NCBI GenBank assembly: GCA_035649755.1
Contig: DASRIY010000060.1
Location: 1 to 50,689, forward strand
Length of the DNA: 50,689 nt
Direction: 5' to 3'
Source of the DNA: Candidatus Methylomirabilota bacterium
GTDB taxonomy: Bacteria > Methylomirabilota > Methylomirabilia > Rokubacteriales > CSP1-6
Shown: positions 19,685 through 29,993 of the stretch, piece after piece
Layout: every line of letters starts with the position of its first letter
How positions within the stretch are numbered: position 1 is the first letter of the stretch
Translations under genes and position numbers: made by a program
The notes under the pieces: model-generated
The model's database searches: none
Told to the model about the DNA's origin: nothing
Seen by the model: the letters and a program-made list of their open reading frames with translations, nothing else

Positions 19685-20569
19685 ATGACCGATGTCGTCG
19701 TTGAGTATCTCGGCGCCCTCCAGGCTGAGCGGGGGGCAGCCCGGAATACTCTCGACGCGTACCGCAGGGATCTCACCGATTTCACCCGTTTCCTGAGCGA
19801 TCACCGCCGTGCGCTCGGCCGGGTCGGCCCCGACGACATCGTCGAGTACCTCGAACGCCTGCGAACCCAAGGCCTCCGACCCGCCAGCGTCGCGCGGCGC
19901 GTCTCCGCGCTGCGCGGTCTCTACAAGCACCTGGTCCGTGAGGGCGCGCTGCGCCGCGATCCCACCGAGCATCTGGAGGCACCGCGCCGGCCGCGCGCGC
20001 TGCCGCGTACGCTCTCGCGGGAGGCGGCCGCCGCTCTCGTCGAGGCGCCCGACGTGAGCGAGCCGCGCGGCATCCGCGATCGGACCGCGCTCGAGCTGCT
20101 CTACGCGACGGGGATGCGGGCCTCCGAGTGCCTGGGTCTCACGCTGGACGACGTCAACCTGAGCGCGGGCTACGTGGTGTGCACCGGCAAGGGGCGAAAG
20201 CAGCGTCTCGTCCCCGTCGGCGGCGAGGCCGTGCAATGGGTCGCGCGGTATCTGCGCGACGTCCGCCCGGCGTACACGCGGCGGCGAGACTCCGGCCGGC
20301 TGTTCGTGAACCCGCGGGGCGGGCGCCTCTCGCGGCAGTCCCTGTGGACGATCGTCCGCCACGCCGCGGCGCGCGCCGGCCTCCGGCAGCGCATCTCGCC
20401 CCACGTCCTCCGGCACTCGTTCGCGAGCCATCTCCTGGAGGGCGGCGCCGACCTGCGCTCGATCCAGGCCATGCTCGGTCACGCGGACATCGCGACGACG
20501 CAGATCTACACCCACTTGCCCTCAGCGGCGGTCGTGAACATGTACCGCCGCTTCCACCCGCGAGCGTGA
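19685..20569 (+). CDS. xerD: Tyrosine recombinase XerD
   Basis: HVLRHSFASHLL and LGHADIATTQIYTH catalytic motifs, with the XerD-like C-terminal end ...RRFHPRA. Confidence 0.88.
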   Translation: MTDVVVEYLGALQAERGAARNTLDAYRRDLTDFTRFLSDHRRALGRVGPDDIVEYLERLRTQGLRPASVARRVSALRGLYKHLVREGALRRDPTEHLEAPRRPRALPRTLSREAAAALVEAPDVSEPRGIRDRTALELLYATGMRASECLGLTLDDVNLSAGYVVCTGKGRKQRLVPVGGEAVQWVARYLRDVRPAYTRRRDSGRLFVNPRGGRLSRQSLWTIVRHAAARAGLRQRISPHVLRHSFASHLLEGGADLRSIQAMLGHADIATTQIYTHLPSAAVVNMYRRFHPRA

Positions 20570-20571
20570 GC

Positions 20572-22218
20572 ATGGCGAAGCGGGCTCACGTCTATCCCCA
20601 GGTCGAGCTCGCGGCCGCGGACCTCGTCGACGTTCCGGTCGCGTCGGCGCCGGCGGAGATCACCGTGGCCGACGCGCTCGCCCTCGCGCGCAAGCGCAAC
20701 GCCGGATGGCTCGCGGCGGGCGCCGCGGCCGTGCTGCGTGAGGATCTGGCGCGCGCCGTGGCGCTGGGCCTCGGCGAGCTTTCCGCCGCGGAGATCGCGC
20801 GCCCGCTGCCCTCGGTCGACGCGGCCTCCGGCGAGTCGGCGGTGCGCCGCTTGCTCGCCGCGGGCGCGCCCCTCGTCCCCGTGCGCAGTCCGAAGGGGCC
20901 GCTCGGCGCGGTCAGCGGTCGCATCGTCGGCGGCGCGCTGGCCCACGCCTCGGCCGCGGGCCGGGTGAATCGAGGCCTCCCGGCCGACGCGCGGGACCTG
21001 CTCACGACGATCGGCCGGATCGCGGACGAGCACGACGGCCGCGCGTTCCTCGTGGGCGGGATCGTCCGCGACCTCTGGCGCGGCGCGACCATCGAGCGGC
21101 GCGACCTCGACGTCGTGGTCGAGGGCGACGGCCCCACCGTGGCCCGCCGCCTGGCCCGCGCGGTCGGCGGCTCGGTCATCGAGCACCGCCGCTTCCTCAC
21201 CGCGTCGATCGAGACGCGCGCGTTCGGGCGGATCGACGTGGCCACGTCGCGCTCGGAGCGCTACGAGTCTCCGGGGGCCTTGCCCCGCGTGATGCCCGCG
21301 AGCATCGGCGAGGACCTCCGGCGGCGCGACTTTACGGTGAACGCCATGGCGATCGAGCTCGCGTCGGGCGAGTTCGGCCTGATCGATCCGCTCGGCGGAC
21401 GGCTCGACCTGGCCCGGCGCCGTCTGCGCACGCTTCATCCGCTCTCGTACGTCGAGGACCCGACTCGCATCTTCCGCGCCGCGCGGTACGCGGCCCGCCT
21501 CGGGCTCTCGCCGGACCGCGCCACGGCGCGCTCGCAGGCGCTCGCGCTGCGGCTGGCGCCGTACGCCGCGCTGTCGGGCCAGCGAATCGCCGCCGAGATC
21601 GAGCACATCCTGAGCGAGACCCGGGCCGCGGACATCCTCACCGGGCTCGGACGCTCCGGCGCTTTTCGCCTCCTCGACCCGCGCTACCGGTTCACCGCGA
21701 CGAGTCGGCGTCACGTGAAAGAGCTTGCCGGCGCCCTCGCGTGGGCGTACGCACACGCTCTCGACGTCGACGCGGTCGGGCTGGTTGCGCTCGCGCTGGT
21801 AGACGGCCAGCCGCCGGTCGTGGCCGACGCGGCGCTGGCACGGCTCGGCTTCTCCGGCGGGCCGCTGGCAGTCCTGAAGCGGGCGCACACGACCGGTCCG
21901 GCGCTCGCGACGGAGCTCGCGCGCGCCTCGGCGCCGAGCGAGCGCGCGCGGCAGCTCCGCGGGCGCGCGCCCCTCGAGCTCGCCTGGCTCTGGCTCTCGG
22001 ACGGGGACGACCTGCGCGCGGCGCTCGACGGGTTCGTCACCATCGACCCGCGCCTCGTGTCGCTGGACGGCGACGACGTGGTCGCCCTCGGCGTTCCGCG
22101 AGGTCCGGCCGTCGCGCGCGTGCTGGCCGAGGTGCGGGACGCTCGCCTCGACGGCACCCTGACGAATCGCGCGATGGAAGAGGAGCATGTCCGACAATGG
22201 CTAACGAGAGGAGGATGA
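20572..22218 (+). CDS. tRNA nucleotidyltransferase/poly(A) polymerase-family protein with an N-terminal CBS-like extension
   Basis: [11 protein letters not shown]...DLDVVVEG...RDFTVNAMA is the class II nucleotidyltransferase head domain. The preceding ~150 aa resemble a degenerate CBS pair. Confidence 0.8.
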   Translation: MAKRAHVYPQVELAAADLVDVPVASAPAEITVADALALARKRNAGWLAAGAAAVLREDLARAVALGLGELSAAEIARPLPSVDAASGESAVRRLLAAGAPLVPVRSPKGPLGAVSGRIVGGALAHASAAGRVNRGLPADARDLLTTIGRIADEHDGRAFLVGGIVRDLWRGATIERRDLDVVVEGDGPTVARRLARAVGGSVIEHRRFLTASIETRAFGRIDVATSRSERYESPGALPRVMPASIGEDLRRRDFTVNAMAIELASGEFGLIDPLGGRLDLARRRLRTLHPLSYVEDPTRIFRAARYAARLGLSPDRATARSQALALRLAPYAALSGQRIAAEIEHILSETRAADILTGLGRSGAFRLLDPRYRFTATSRRHVKELAGALAWAYAHALDVDAVGLVALALVDGQPPVVADAALARLGFSGGPLAVLKRAHTTGPALATELARASAPSERARQLRGRAPLELAWLWLSDGDDLRAALDGFVTIDPRLVSLDGDDVVALGVPRGPAVARVLAEVRDARLDGTLTNRAMEEEHVRQWLTRGG

Positions 22219-22219
22219 G

Positions 22220-23829
<1,610 letters not shown>

Positions 23830-23833
<4 letters not shown>

Positions 23834-24684
23834 CGAGCCCGGCGGCGACCGAGGCCGTCCGCGTCGGCAGTATCGCGATCGGCGGTGGGGCGCCCCTGGT
23901 GCTCATCGGCGGACCGTGCGCGATCGAGGACGAGAAACACGCGCTGATGACGGCGGAGCGGCTGGCGAAGATCGCGTCGGACCGGCGCGTGTCGTTCATC
24001 TACAAGTCGTCGTACGACAAGGCGAACCGCTTCTCGATCAACAGCTACCGCGGGCCGGGGCTCCGGGAGGGGTTGCGCATTCTGAAAAAGGTCCGCGACA
24101 CGCTGGGCCTGCCGGTGCTCTCCGACGTCCACCAGGTGGACGAAGTGGCGCCGGCCTCGGAAGTGCTCGACGTCCTGCAGATTCCCGCGTTCCTCTGCCG
24201 CCAGACCGACCTCGTCCTGGCGGCGGCGAAGACGGGCAAGCCGGTGAACGTCAAGAAGGGCCAGTTCGTCGCGCCCGGCGACATGAAGAACGTCGTCGAC
24301 AAGGTCCTCTCGGTGGGAAACCGCTCGATCCTTCTCACCGAGCGCGGCGCCTCCTTCGGCTACCATAACCTGGTGGTCGACATGCGCGGCCTCGCCATCA
24401 TGCGCGGCTTCGGCTTTCCCGTGATCTTCGACGCGACTCACTCGGTGCAGCTGCCGGGTGGCGCCGGCGATCGGTCGGGCGGCGAGCGCAAGTACGTTCC
24501 GGCGCTCGCGCGCGCGGCGGTGGCGTTCGGGATCGACGCCCTCTTCATGGAGATGCACGAGGATCCCGATCGCACGCTGGCCGACGGCCGACCGCTCTCC
24601 GACGGCCCGAACATGCTCCGCATCGATGATCTGCCGCCTCTCCTGCAGCAGCTCCAGGCCATCGAGTCGGCGGTCCGCGAGTGA
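23830..24684 (+). CDS. kdsA: 3-deoxy-8-phosphooctulonate (KDO8P) synthase
   Basis: LIGGPCAIE...[13 protein letters not shown]...[11 protein letters not shown]. The ATG overlaps the pyrG stop. Confidence 0.95.
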
Positions 24685-25661
24685 GCGCCGAGCGCGCGCC
24701 CGACGTGCGGAAGATCGCCGAGCGCGTGCTCCGTCTCGAGGCCGACGCCATCCTCGGTCTCATCCCGAAGCTCGACGAGGGCTTCGAGCACGCCGTGGAG
24801 CTGATCCGCGGCTGCGCAGGGCGCGTGATCGTCACGGGCATGGGCAAGTCCGGCCTGATCGGCCGCAAGATCGCGGCGACCCTGGCGTCGACCGGAACCC
24901 CCGCGTACTTCCTGCACCCGGCCGAGGGGGTGCACGGCGATCTCGGCATGGTGGCGCGGGGCGACGTGGTGGTCGTCTTGTCGAACTCCGGCGAGACCGA
25001 CGAGGTGCTGGCGATCCTGCCGCTCCTCAAGCGGCTCGGAGTGCCAATCGTGCTCCTCACCGGAAATCCCGGTTCCGCGCTCGCCCGGCAGTGCGAGGTC
25101 GTACTGGACGTGGGCGTGCCGGAAGAGGCCTGCCCGATGAACCTGGCGCCGACGTCCAGCACGACGGCCGCGCTGGCGGCCGGCGACGCGCTCGCCCTGG
25201 CGCTGCTCGAGCTGCGCGGGCTGAGACCGGAGGACTACGCGGCGCTCCACCCGCGCGGGTCGCTCGGCTGGCGCTCCCTGTTCAAGGTGGCCGACCTCAT
25301 GCTCACCGGCGACGCCATCCCGATCGTGCCCGCCACGACGCCGCTGCGCGGCGTGATGGTGGAGATGACGCAGAAGAAAAAGGGCATGACGACGGTCGTC
25401 GACGGCGAGGGGCGGCTCCTCGGCGTCATCACCGACGGCGACCTGCGGCGCCTGCACCTCAGGGGCGGCTCGATCGACGACCTCACGGCCGGGCAGGTGG
25501 CCAGCCGAGAGCCCAAGGAGATCCGGTCCGAGGATCTGGCGGCGAAGGCGCTCGAGGTCATGGAGACGTGGCAGATCACGAGTCTGGTCATCCTCGACCA
25601 GGGTCGGCGACCCGTCGGGCTCATTCATCTGCACGACGTGCTTCGGGCGAAGATCGTATAG
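24681..25661 (+). CDS. kdsD: Arabinose-5-phosphate isomerase (SIS + tandem CBS)
   Basis: [27 protein letters not shown] motif and a C-terminal CBS pair. The GTG overlaps the kdsA stop. Confidence 0.92.
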   Translation: MSAERAPDVRKIAERVLRLEADAILGLIPKLDEGFEHAVELIRGCAGRVIVTGMGKSGLIGRKIAATLASTGTPAYFLHPAEGVHGDLGMVARGDVVVVLSNSGETDEVLAILPLLKRLGVPIVLLTGNPGSALARQCEVVLDVGVPEEACPMNLAPTSSTTAALAAGDALALALLELRGLRPEDYAALHPRGSLGWRSLFKVADLMLTGDAIPIVPATTPLRGVMVEMTQKKKGMTTVVDGEGRLLGVITDGDLRRLHLRGGSIDDLTAGQVASREPKEIRSEDLAAKALEVMETWQITSLVILDQGRRPVGLIHLHDVLRAKIV

Positions 25662-25707
25662 TTTTCAGGGTGTTTCCGCTTCCCTAGGGTTTTCTCTTGT
25701 GCTAGCG

Positions 25708-25723
25708 TGGTACCAAAATTGCA
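25708..25723 (+). promoter_or_regulatory. Sigma-54-type -24/-12 element TGGTAC-N5-TTGCA
   Basis: TGGTACcaaaaTTGCA versus the consensus TGGCAC-N5-TTGCW: exact GG-to-GC spacing and two mismatches, 37 nt upstream of the lptC ATG. Confidence 0.45.
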
Positions 25724-25749
25724 ATCCGACGTGACTTTCCCTATAGAAT
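25719..25749 (+). promoter_or_regulatory. Sigma-70-type promoter TTGCAA-N17-TATAGA(AT), overlapping the sigma-54-like element
   Basis: TTGCAA at 25719-25724 and TATAGAAT at 25742-25749, 10-12 nt from ATG 25760. Confidence 0.45.
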
Positions 25750-25759
25750 CGACTGAGCG

Positions 25760-26317
25760 ATGAAGAGACATCGACTGGCGACGGGCATTCTCGGAATCGT
25801 CGGCGCATTCGTGCTCCTGGTGGCGTGGACCCTCATAGCCAAGAGCCGGACGGCGCCCGTCGAGCCCGTCTCACCCGCCGCCGCGTCGACCGCCGACCTC
25901 CGGATCAAGGAAGCCAAGATCGAGGAGGACACGGGCGGGGTACGCTGGCGCCTCACCGCCGACCAGGTGCTGATCTTCGACGCCGAGGGGCGCACCGCAC
26001 TCCGGAACATCTCGGTACAGGTGTTCGAGCGCGACCGCACCTGGAACATCGTCGGTGAAGAGGGCGACCTCTTCCAGGCCACCAAGAACCTCGAAATCCG
26101 GAAGAACGTCGTGATCACATCCAACGACGGCCTCAAGCTGGAGACCAGCGTCCTGCGCTGGCAGGCCGCCGAGAAACGGCTCTGGTCGGACGCGCCCGTG
26201 CGGCTCTCGCGCGACGGCGCCACCGCCGAGGGCACCGCGCTCGACGTGCGGACCGCCGACGGCGCCATGACGCTGAGCGGGCGCGTGCGCACGACCTTCA
26301 ACGGGAGCGGCCAGTGA
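25760..26317 (+). CDS. lptC: LPS export system protein LptC
   Basis: Single N-terminal TM anchor plus an OstA-like beta-jellyroll sequence, in the position immediately 5' of lptA-lptB. Confidence 0.82.
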   Translation: MKRHRLATGILGIVGAFVLLVAWTLIAKSRTAPVEPVSPAAASTADLRIKEAKIEEDTGGVRWRLTADQVLIFDAEGRTALRNISVQVFERDRTWNIVGEEGDLFQATKNLEIRKNVVITSNDGLKLETSVLRWQAAEKRLWSDAPVRLSRDGATAEGTALDVRTADGAMTLSGRVRTTFNGSGQ

Positions 26318-26883
26318 GGGCGCGGGCGCTGGTCGGCGTCCTGCTCGTCGCGCTCGTCCCCGGGCTCGCGGCCGGCCAGCTCCCGCTCCCCGGCGCGCCG
26401 GGCGGGGCGAAGTCGAAGGACGACAAGGCGCAGCCGCTCACGGTGGACGCCGACCGGATGGAGCGCTTCGGCAAGGAGAACCTGGTCATCTTCAGCGGCA
26501 ACGTCGTGGCGCGACGGGACAACTCCGTGCAGTACGCCGAGCGCGTCGAGGTCTACCTGGACGAGAAGGGCGACCGCGTCCTGCGAACGGTCTCGACCGG
26601 CGGCGTGCGCATCATCACCAAGGACTGCCGCACCGGAACCGCGCAGCGCGCGGAGTACTTCGACCTGGAGCAGCGGGTGACGCTCATCGGCAACGCCCGG
26701 GTCTGGGAAGAGGACAACGTCGTTTCCGGCGACACGATCACGCTCTACATCTCGCAGGATCGCTCCATCGTGCAGGGCGGTAAGCAGGAGCGCGTCAAGG
26801 CCGTCTTCTACGCCAAGGACACCGAAAAGCAGAACGGTGGCGAGGCCGCTCCGAAGCGGACCGCCGAGCCCTGCAAGAACTGA
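26314..26883 (+). CDS. lptA: LPS transport periplasmic protein LptA
   Basis: Signal peptide and an OstA_N-type sequence (LTVDADRME...NLVIFSGNVV...). The GTG overlaps the lptC stop. Confidence 0.88.
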   Translation: MRARALVGVLLVALVPGLAAGQLPLPGAPGGAKSKDDKAQPLTVDADRMERFGKENLVIFSGNVVARRDNSVQYAERVEVYLDEKGDRVLRTVSTGGVRIITKDCRTGTAQRAEYFDLEQRVTLIGNARVWEEDNVVSGDTITLYISQDRSIVQGGKQERVKAVFYAKDTEKQNGGEAAPKRTAEPCKN

Positions 26884-26886
26884 TCG

Positions 26887-27609
26887 ATGGAAGGTCTGGT
26901 CGCCCAGGGCCTCGCCAAGTGGTTCAAGAGCCGCAAGGTCGTCGACTCCGTTTCCCTCGACATCCAGCGCGGCGAGATCGTCGGGCTGCTCGGCCCCAAC
27001 GGCGCGGGCAAGACGACGTCGTTCTACATGATGGTCGGCCTGCTCGCGGCCGACGGCGGGCGAATCTTCCTCGAAGGGGAAGAGATCACCAGGCTTCCCA
27101 TGTACCAGCGATGCCGCAAGGGCGTCGGTTATTTGCCGCAAGAATCCTCTGTATTCAGGAAGCTGACCGTCGAGCAGAACCTGCTCGCCATCCTCGAGAC
27201 GCTTGATCTCTCGGCGGCCGAGCGCAGGGAGCGCGCCCGCGAGCTCCTGGCCGAGCTCGACCTCACCTCGCTGGCGCGCTATCCGGCCTACACGCTCTCC
27301 GGCGGCGAGCGCCGGCGTCTCGAGATCACGCGGGCGCTGGTCACGTCGCCGCAGTACCTGCTCCTGGACGAGCCCTTCACGGGTATCGATCCCATCGCGA
27401 TCGGCAACATCCAGGAGATCGTCGCCAGGCTTCGCGAACGGGGGATCGGCATTCTGATAACGGACCATAACGTGCGCGAAACCCTCGCCATTACCGACCG
27501 CGCGTACATTCTTTACGACGGCAAGATCCTGGTCGCGGGCACCGCGACGGAGATCGCCAACAACTCGGTCGCCCGGGAGATCTACCTGGGCGAGCGGTTC
27601 GCCCTCTAG
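26887..27609 (+). CDS. lptB: LPS export ABC transporter ATP-binding protein LptB
   Basis: GPNGAGKTT, LSGGERRRLEITRAL and ITDHNVRETL motifs. Confidence 0.96.
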   Translation: MEGLVAQGLAKWFKSRKVVDSVSLDIQRGEIVGLLGPNGAGKTTSFYMMVGLLAADGGRIFLEGEEITRLPMYQRCRKGVGYLPQESSVFRKLTVEQNLLAILETLDLSAAERRERARELLAELDLTSLARYPAYTLSGGERRRLEITRALVTSPQYLLLDEPFTGIDPIAIGNIQEIVARLRERGIGILITDHNVRETLAITDRAYILYDGKILVAGTATEIANNSVAREIYLGERFAL

Positions 27610-27628
27610 GCGGAGACGAGAGACCACC

Positions 27629-29098
27629 ATGGCCATGGAGGCTCGGCTCTCACTCCGGCAAAGCCAGCGCGTCGTCATGACGCCGCTGTTGCAGCAGGCG
27701 ATCCAGCTCTTGCAGCTGTCCACCCTCGAGCTCCAGGAAGTCGTCCAGAAGGAGCTCCTCGAGAACCCGATGCTCGAGGAGGTCAACCAGGACACGCCCG
27801 AGACCACCGACGGCGCCACCGCCACCACCACGGAAACGCCGGCGCCAACGGTCGAGCCGATCACCGCCGAGACCCCGCCGACGACCGAGCGCCAGACCGA
27901 CGAGCTGCCGTTCGACTTCAACGCGGTCATGTCGGCGGCCGACGACGACCACGAGGAACGCTCGCTGGTCTCGCAGGAGGACCGCGAGGACCTCCCATTC
28001 GAGAACGTCGTCCGAACCCAGGTCTCGCTGGCCGACCACCTCGAAGAGCAGCTCCGGTTCGCGACGGAGGACGTCGCGGTCCGGCGCATCGGCGCCGAGA
28101 TCATCGGCAACCTCGACGAGGACGGCTATCTGCGCGCCGATCTCGAGGAGATCGGCCAGCGGTGCTCCGTCACCGCCGACGAGGCGGCCAAGGTCCTCGA
28201 GCTCGTCCAGGGCTTCGACCCGCCCGGCGTGGCGGCGCGGTCCATTCAGGAGTGCCTCCTGCTCCAGCTCCGGCGCGATCCGCTGCCGGACCCGGTTTCG
28301 GTCGAGATCATCGAGGCGCACTTCGACGACCTGAGCCGGCGCCGCTATCAGGACATCGCGCGGGCCATGAAGCTGCCGCTCGATCGCATCATGGAGTCGG
28401 TCGAGGAGATCATGGGCCTCGAGCCCAAGCCCGGCCGGCGGTTCGGCGGCAACGACTCGCGTTACATCGTGCCCGACGTCTTCGTCTACAAGCTTGGCAA
28501 CGAATACACGGTGGTCCTCAACGAGGACGGCATCCCGCGCCTGCGGGTGAACGGGCTCTACCGCTCGCTGCTCAAGACCGCCGGCTCCGGCGACGAGGCC
28601 AAGCAGTACGTCGAGCAGAAGCTCCGGTCCGCGCTGTGGCTCATCAAGAGCGTGGACCAGCGCCAGCGGACGCTGCGCAAGGTCACGCAGTCGATCGTCA
28701 AGTTCCAGCGCGATTTCCTCGACCGCGGGCTGTCACACCTGCGCCCGCTCTCGCTGCGCGACGTCGGCGAGGACATCGGCATGCACGAGTCGACGATCAG
28801 CCGGGTCACCACCAACAAGTACGTCGAGACGCCGCAGGGGCTGTTCGAGCTGAAGTACTTCTTCCACAGCGGCATCGCATCGGGCGACGGCGAGATGGTG
28901 TCGTCGGTCTCGGTCAAGAAGATGATCCAGGACATCCTGGCCGCCGAGGACCCCGCGAAGCCGCAGTCGGATCAGGAAGTCGCCCAGGCCCTGCAGAAGC
29001 GCGGCCTCACGATCGCGCGGCGAACGGTCGCGAAGTACCGCGAGGAGCTCGGCATCCTGCCCTCGCATCAGCGCCGCCTGGCGCCGCGGAAGCGCTAA
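27629..29098 (+). CDS. rpoN: RNA polymerase sigma-54 factor
   Basis: Region I (LSLRQSQRVVMTPLLQQAIQLLQLSTLEL), an acidic region II, and the RpoN box ARRTVAKYR. Confidence 0.97.
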   Translation: MAMEARLSLRQSQRVVMTPLLQQAIQLLQLSTLELQEVVQKELLENPMLEEVNQDTPETTDGATATTTETPAPTVEPITAETPPTTERQTDELPFDFNAVMSAADDDHEERSLVSQEDREDLPFENVVRTQVSLADHLEEQLRFATEDVAVRRIGAEIIGNLDEDGYLRADLEEIGQRCSVTADEAAKVLELVQGFDPPGVAARSIQECLLLQLRRDPLPDPVSVEIIEAHFDDLSRRRYQDIARAMKLPLDRIMESVEEIMGLEPKPGRRFGGNDSRYIVPDVFVYKLGNEYTVVLNEDGIPRLRVNGLYRSLLKTAGSGDEAKQYVEQKLRSALWLIKSVDQRQRTLRKVTQSIVKFQRDFLDRGLSHLRPLSLRDVGEDIGMHESTISRVTTNKYVETPQGLFELKYFFHSGIASGDGEMVSSVSVKKMIQDILAAEDPAKPQSDQEVAQALQKRGLTIARRTVAKYREELGILPSHQRRLAPRKR

Positions 29099-29107
29099 CG
29101 GGGCGGC

Positions 29108-29980
29108 GTGATGACGGCGCCCCTGTCGTTCGTCGTCATCACCGGGCTCAGCGGCGCGGGCAAGAGCTTCGCCATCAAGTGCTTCGAGGACATGGGGTTC
29201 TTCTGCGTCGATAACCTGCCGACCACGCTCATTCCCACGTTCGCCGACCTGATCACGCGCTCCGAGCAGCCCATCCACCGGGTCGCGCTCGGCGTCGACG
29301 TGCGCGAGGGCGCGTACCTGTCGAGCCTGCTCGACACGATCCAGGAGCTGAAGAGCCGCGGCCACGCGGTCGAGGTCCTCTTCCTGGAGGCGACCGAGGA
29401 GTCGCTGGTGCGCCGCTATCACGAGTCGCGGCGGCGCCACCCGCTGGCCGGTGACGGCAACGCGCTCGACGGCATCCGCGCCGAGCGCAAGGCGCTGTCG
29501 AACCTCCGCGAGGTCGCCGACCGGATCCTCGACACGACGGCGCTGACCGTGCACCAGCTCAAGGATCGGCTGGTCGAGCAGTACGTGGCGCCCAAGACGC
29601 GCGCCGGCCTGGCGCCCACGCTGGTGTCGTTCGGCTTCAAGCACGGCGTGCCGTTCGACGCCGACCTGGTGTTCGACGTCCGTTTCCTGCCCAATCCGCA
29701 CTTCGTGGACGCGCTCAGGGCCCTCGACGGTCGTGACGAGCGCGTGCGCACGTTCGTGCTGAGCCATCCGGAGAGCAAGGAGCTCCTGCGGCGGCTCGAG
29801 GACTTCTTGAAGTTCGTCCTGCCGCGCTACGAGCGGGAGGGGAAGGCCTACCTCACGGTCGCCATCGGCTGCACCGGCGGCCGGCACCGGTCGGTGACCG
29901 TCGCCGAGGAGCTCAAGCGCTCGCTGGCCGGGGTCGGCTACGCGCCGACGGTCGTGCACCGCGACCTGCAGCGAGAGTAG
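29108..29980 (+). CDS. rapZ: RNase adapter/nucleotide-binding protein RapZ (YhbJ family)
   Basis: VVITGLSGAGKS P-loop with full-length YhbJ-like similarity (CTGGRHRSV near the C-terminus). Start is GTG 29108 or ATG 29111. Confidence 0.92.
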   Translation: MMTAPLSFVVITGLSGAGKSFAIKCFEDMGFFCVDNLPTTLIPTFADLITRSEQPIHRVALGVDVREGAYLSSLLDTIQELKSRGHAVEVLFLEATEESLVRRYHESRRRHPLAGDGNALDGIRAERKALSNLREVADRILDTTALTVHQLKDRLVEQYVAPKTRAGLAPTLVSFGFKHGVPFDADLVFDVRFLPNPHFVDALRALDGRDERVRTFVLSHPESKELLRRLEDFLKFVLPRYEREGKAYLTVAIGCTGGRHRSVTVAEELKRSLAGVGYAPTVVHRDLQRE

Positions 29981-29993
29981 GACCCGCGCCCGC

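Noticed and set aside
19685-20569. Tyrosine recombinase as the integrase of a genomic island or prophage
   Set aside because: The sequence is XerD-like throughout, including the C-terminal ...FHPRA. The flanks are murJ and a CCA-enzyme gene. There is no tRNA, no direct repeats and no phage or transposon genes.
27121-27510. Two short low-GC3 patches inside lptB (about 27121-27165 and 27441-27510) as possible internal rpoN promoters
   Set aside because: They coincide with the most conserved LptB peptide motifs (Q-loop region, ITDHNVRETL). I could not find -35/-10 or -24/-12 pairs with acceptable spacing. Noted only as a codon-usage oddity.
25741-28110. 789-aa minus-strand ORF antisense to lptC-lptA-lptB-rpoN
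   Set aside because: It overlaps four recognisable plus-strand genes. The translation is Ser/Arg/Val-rich low complexity.
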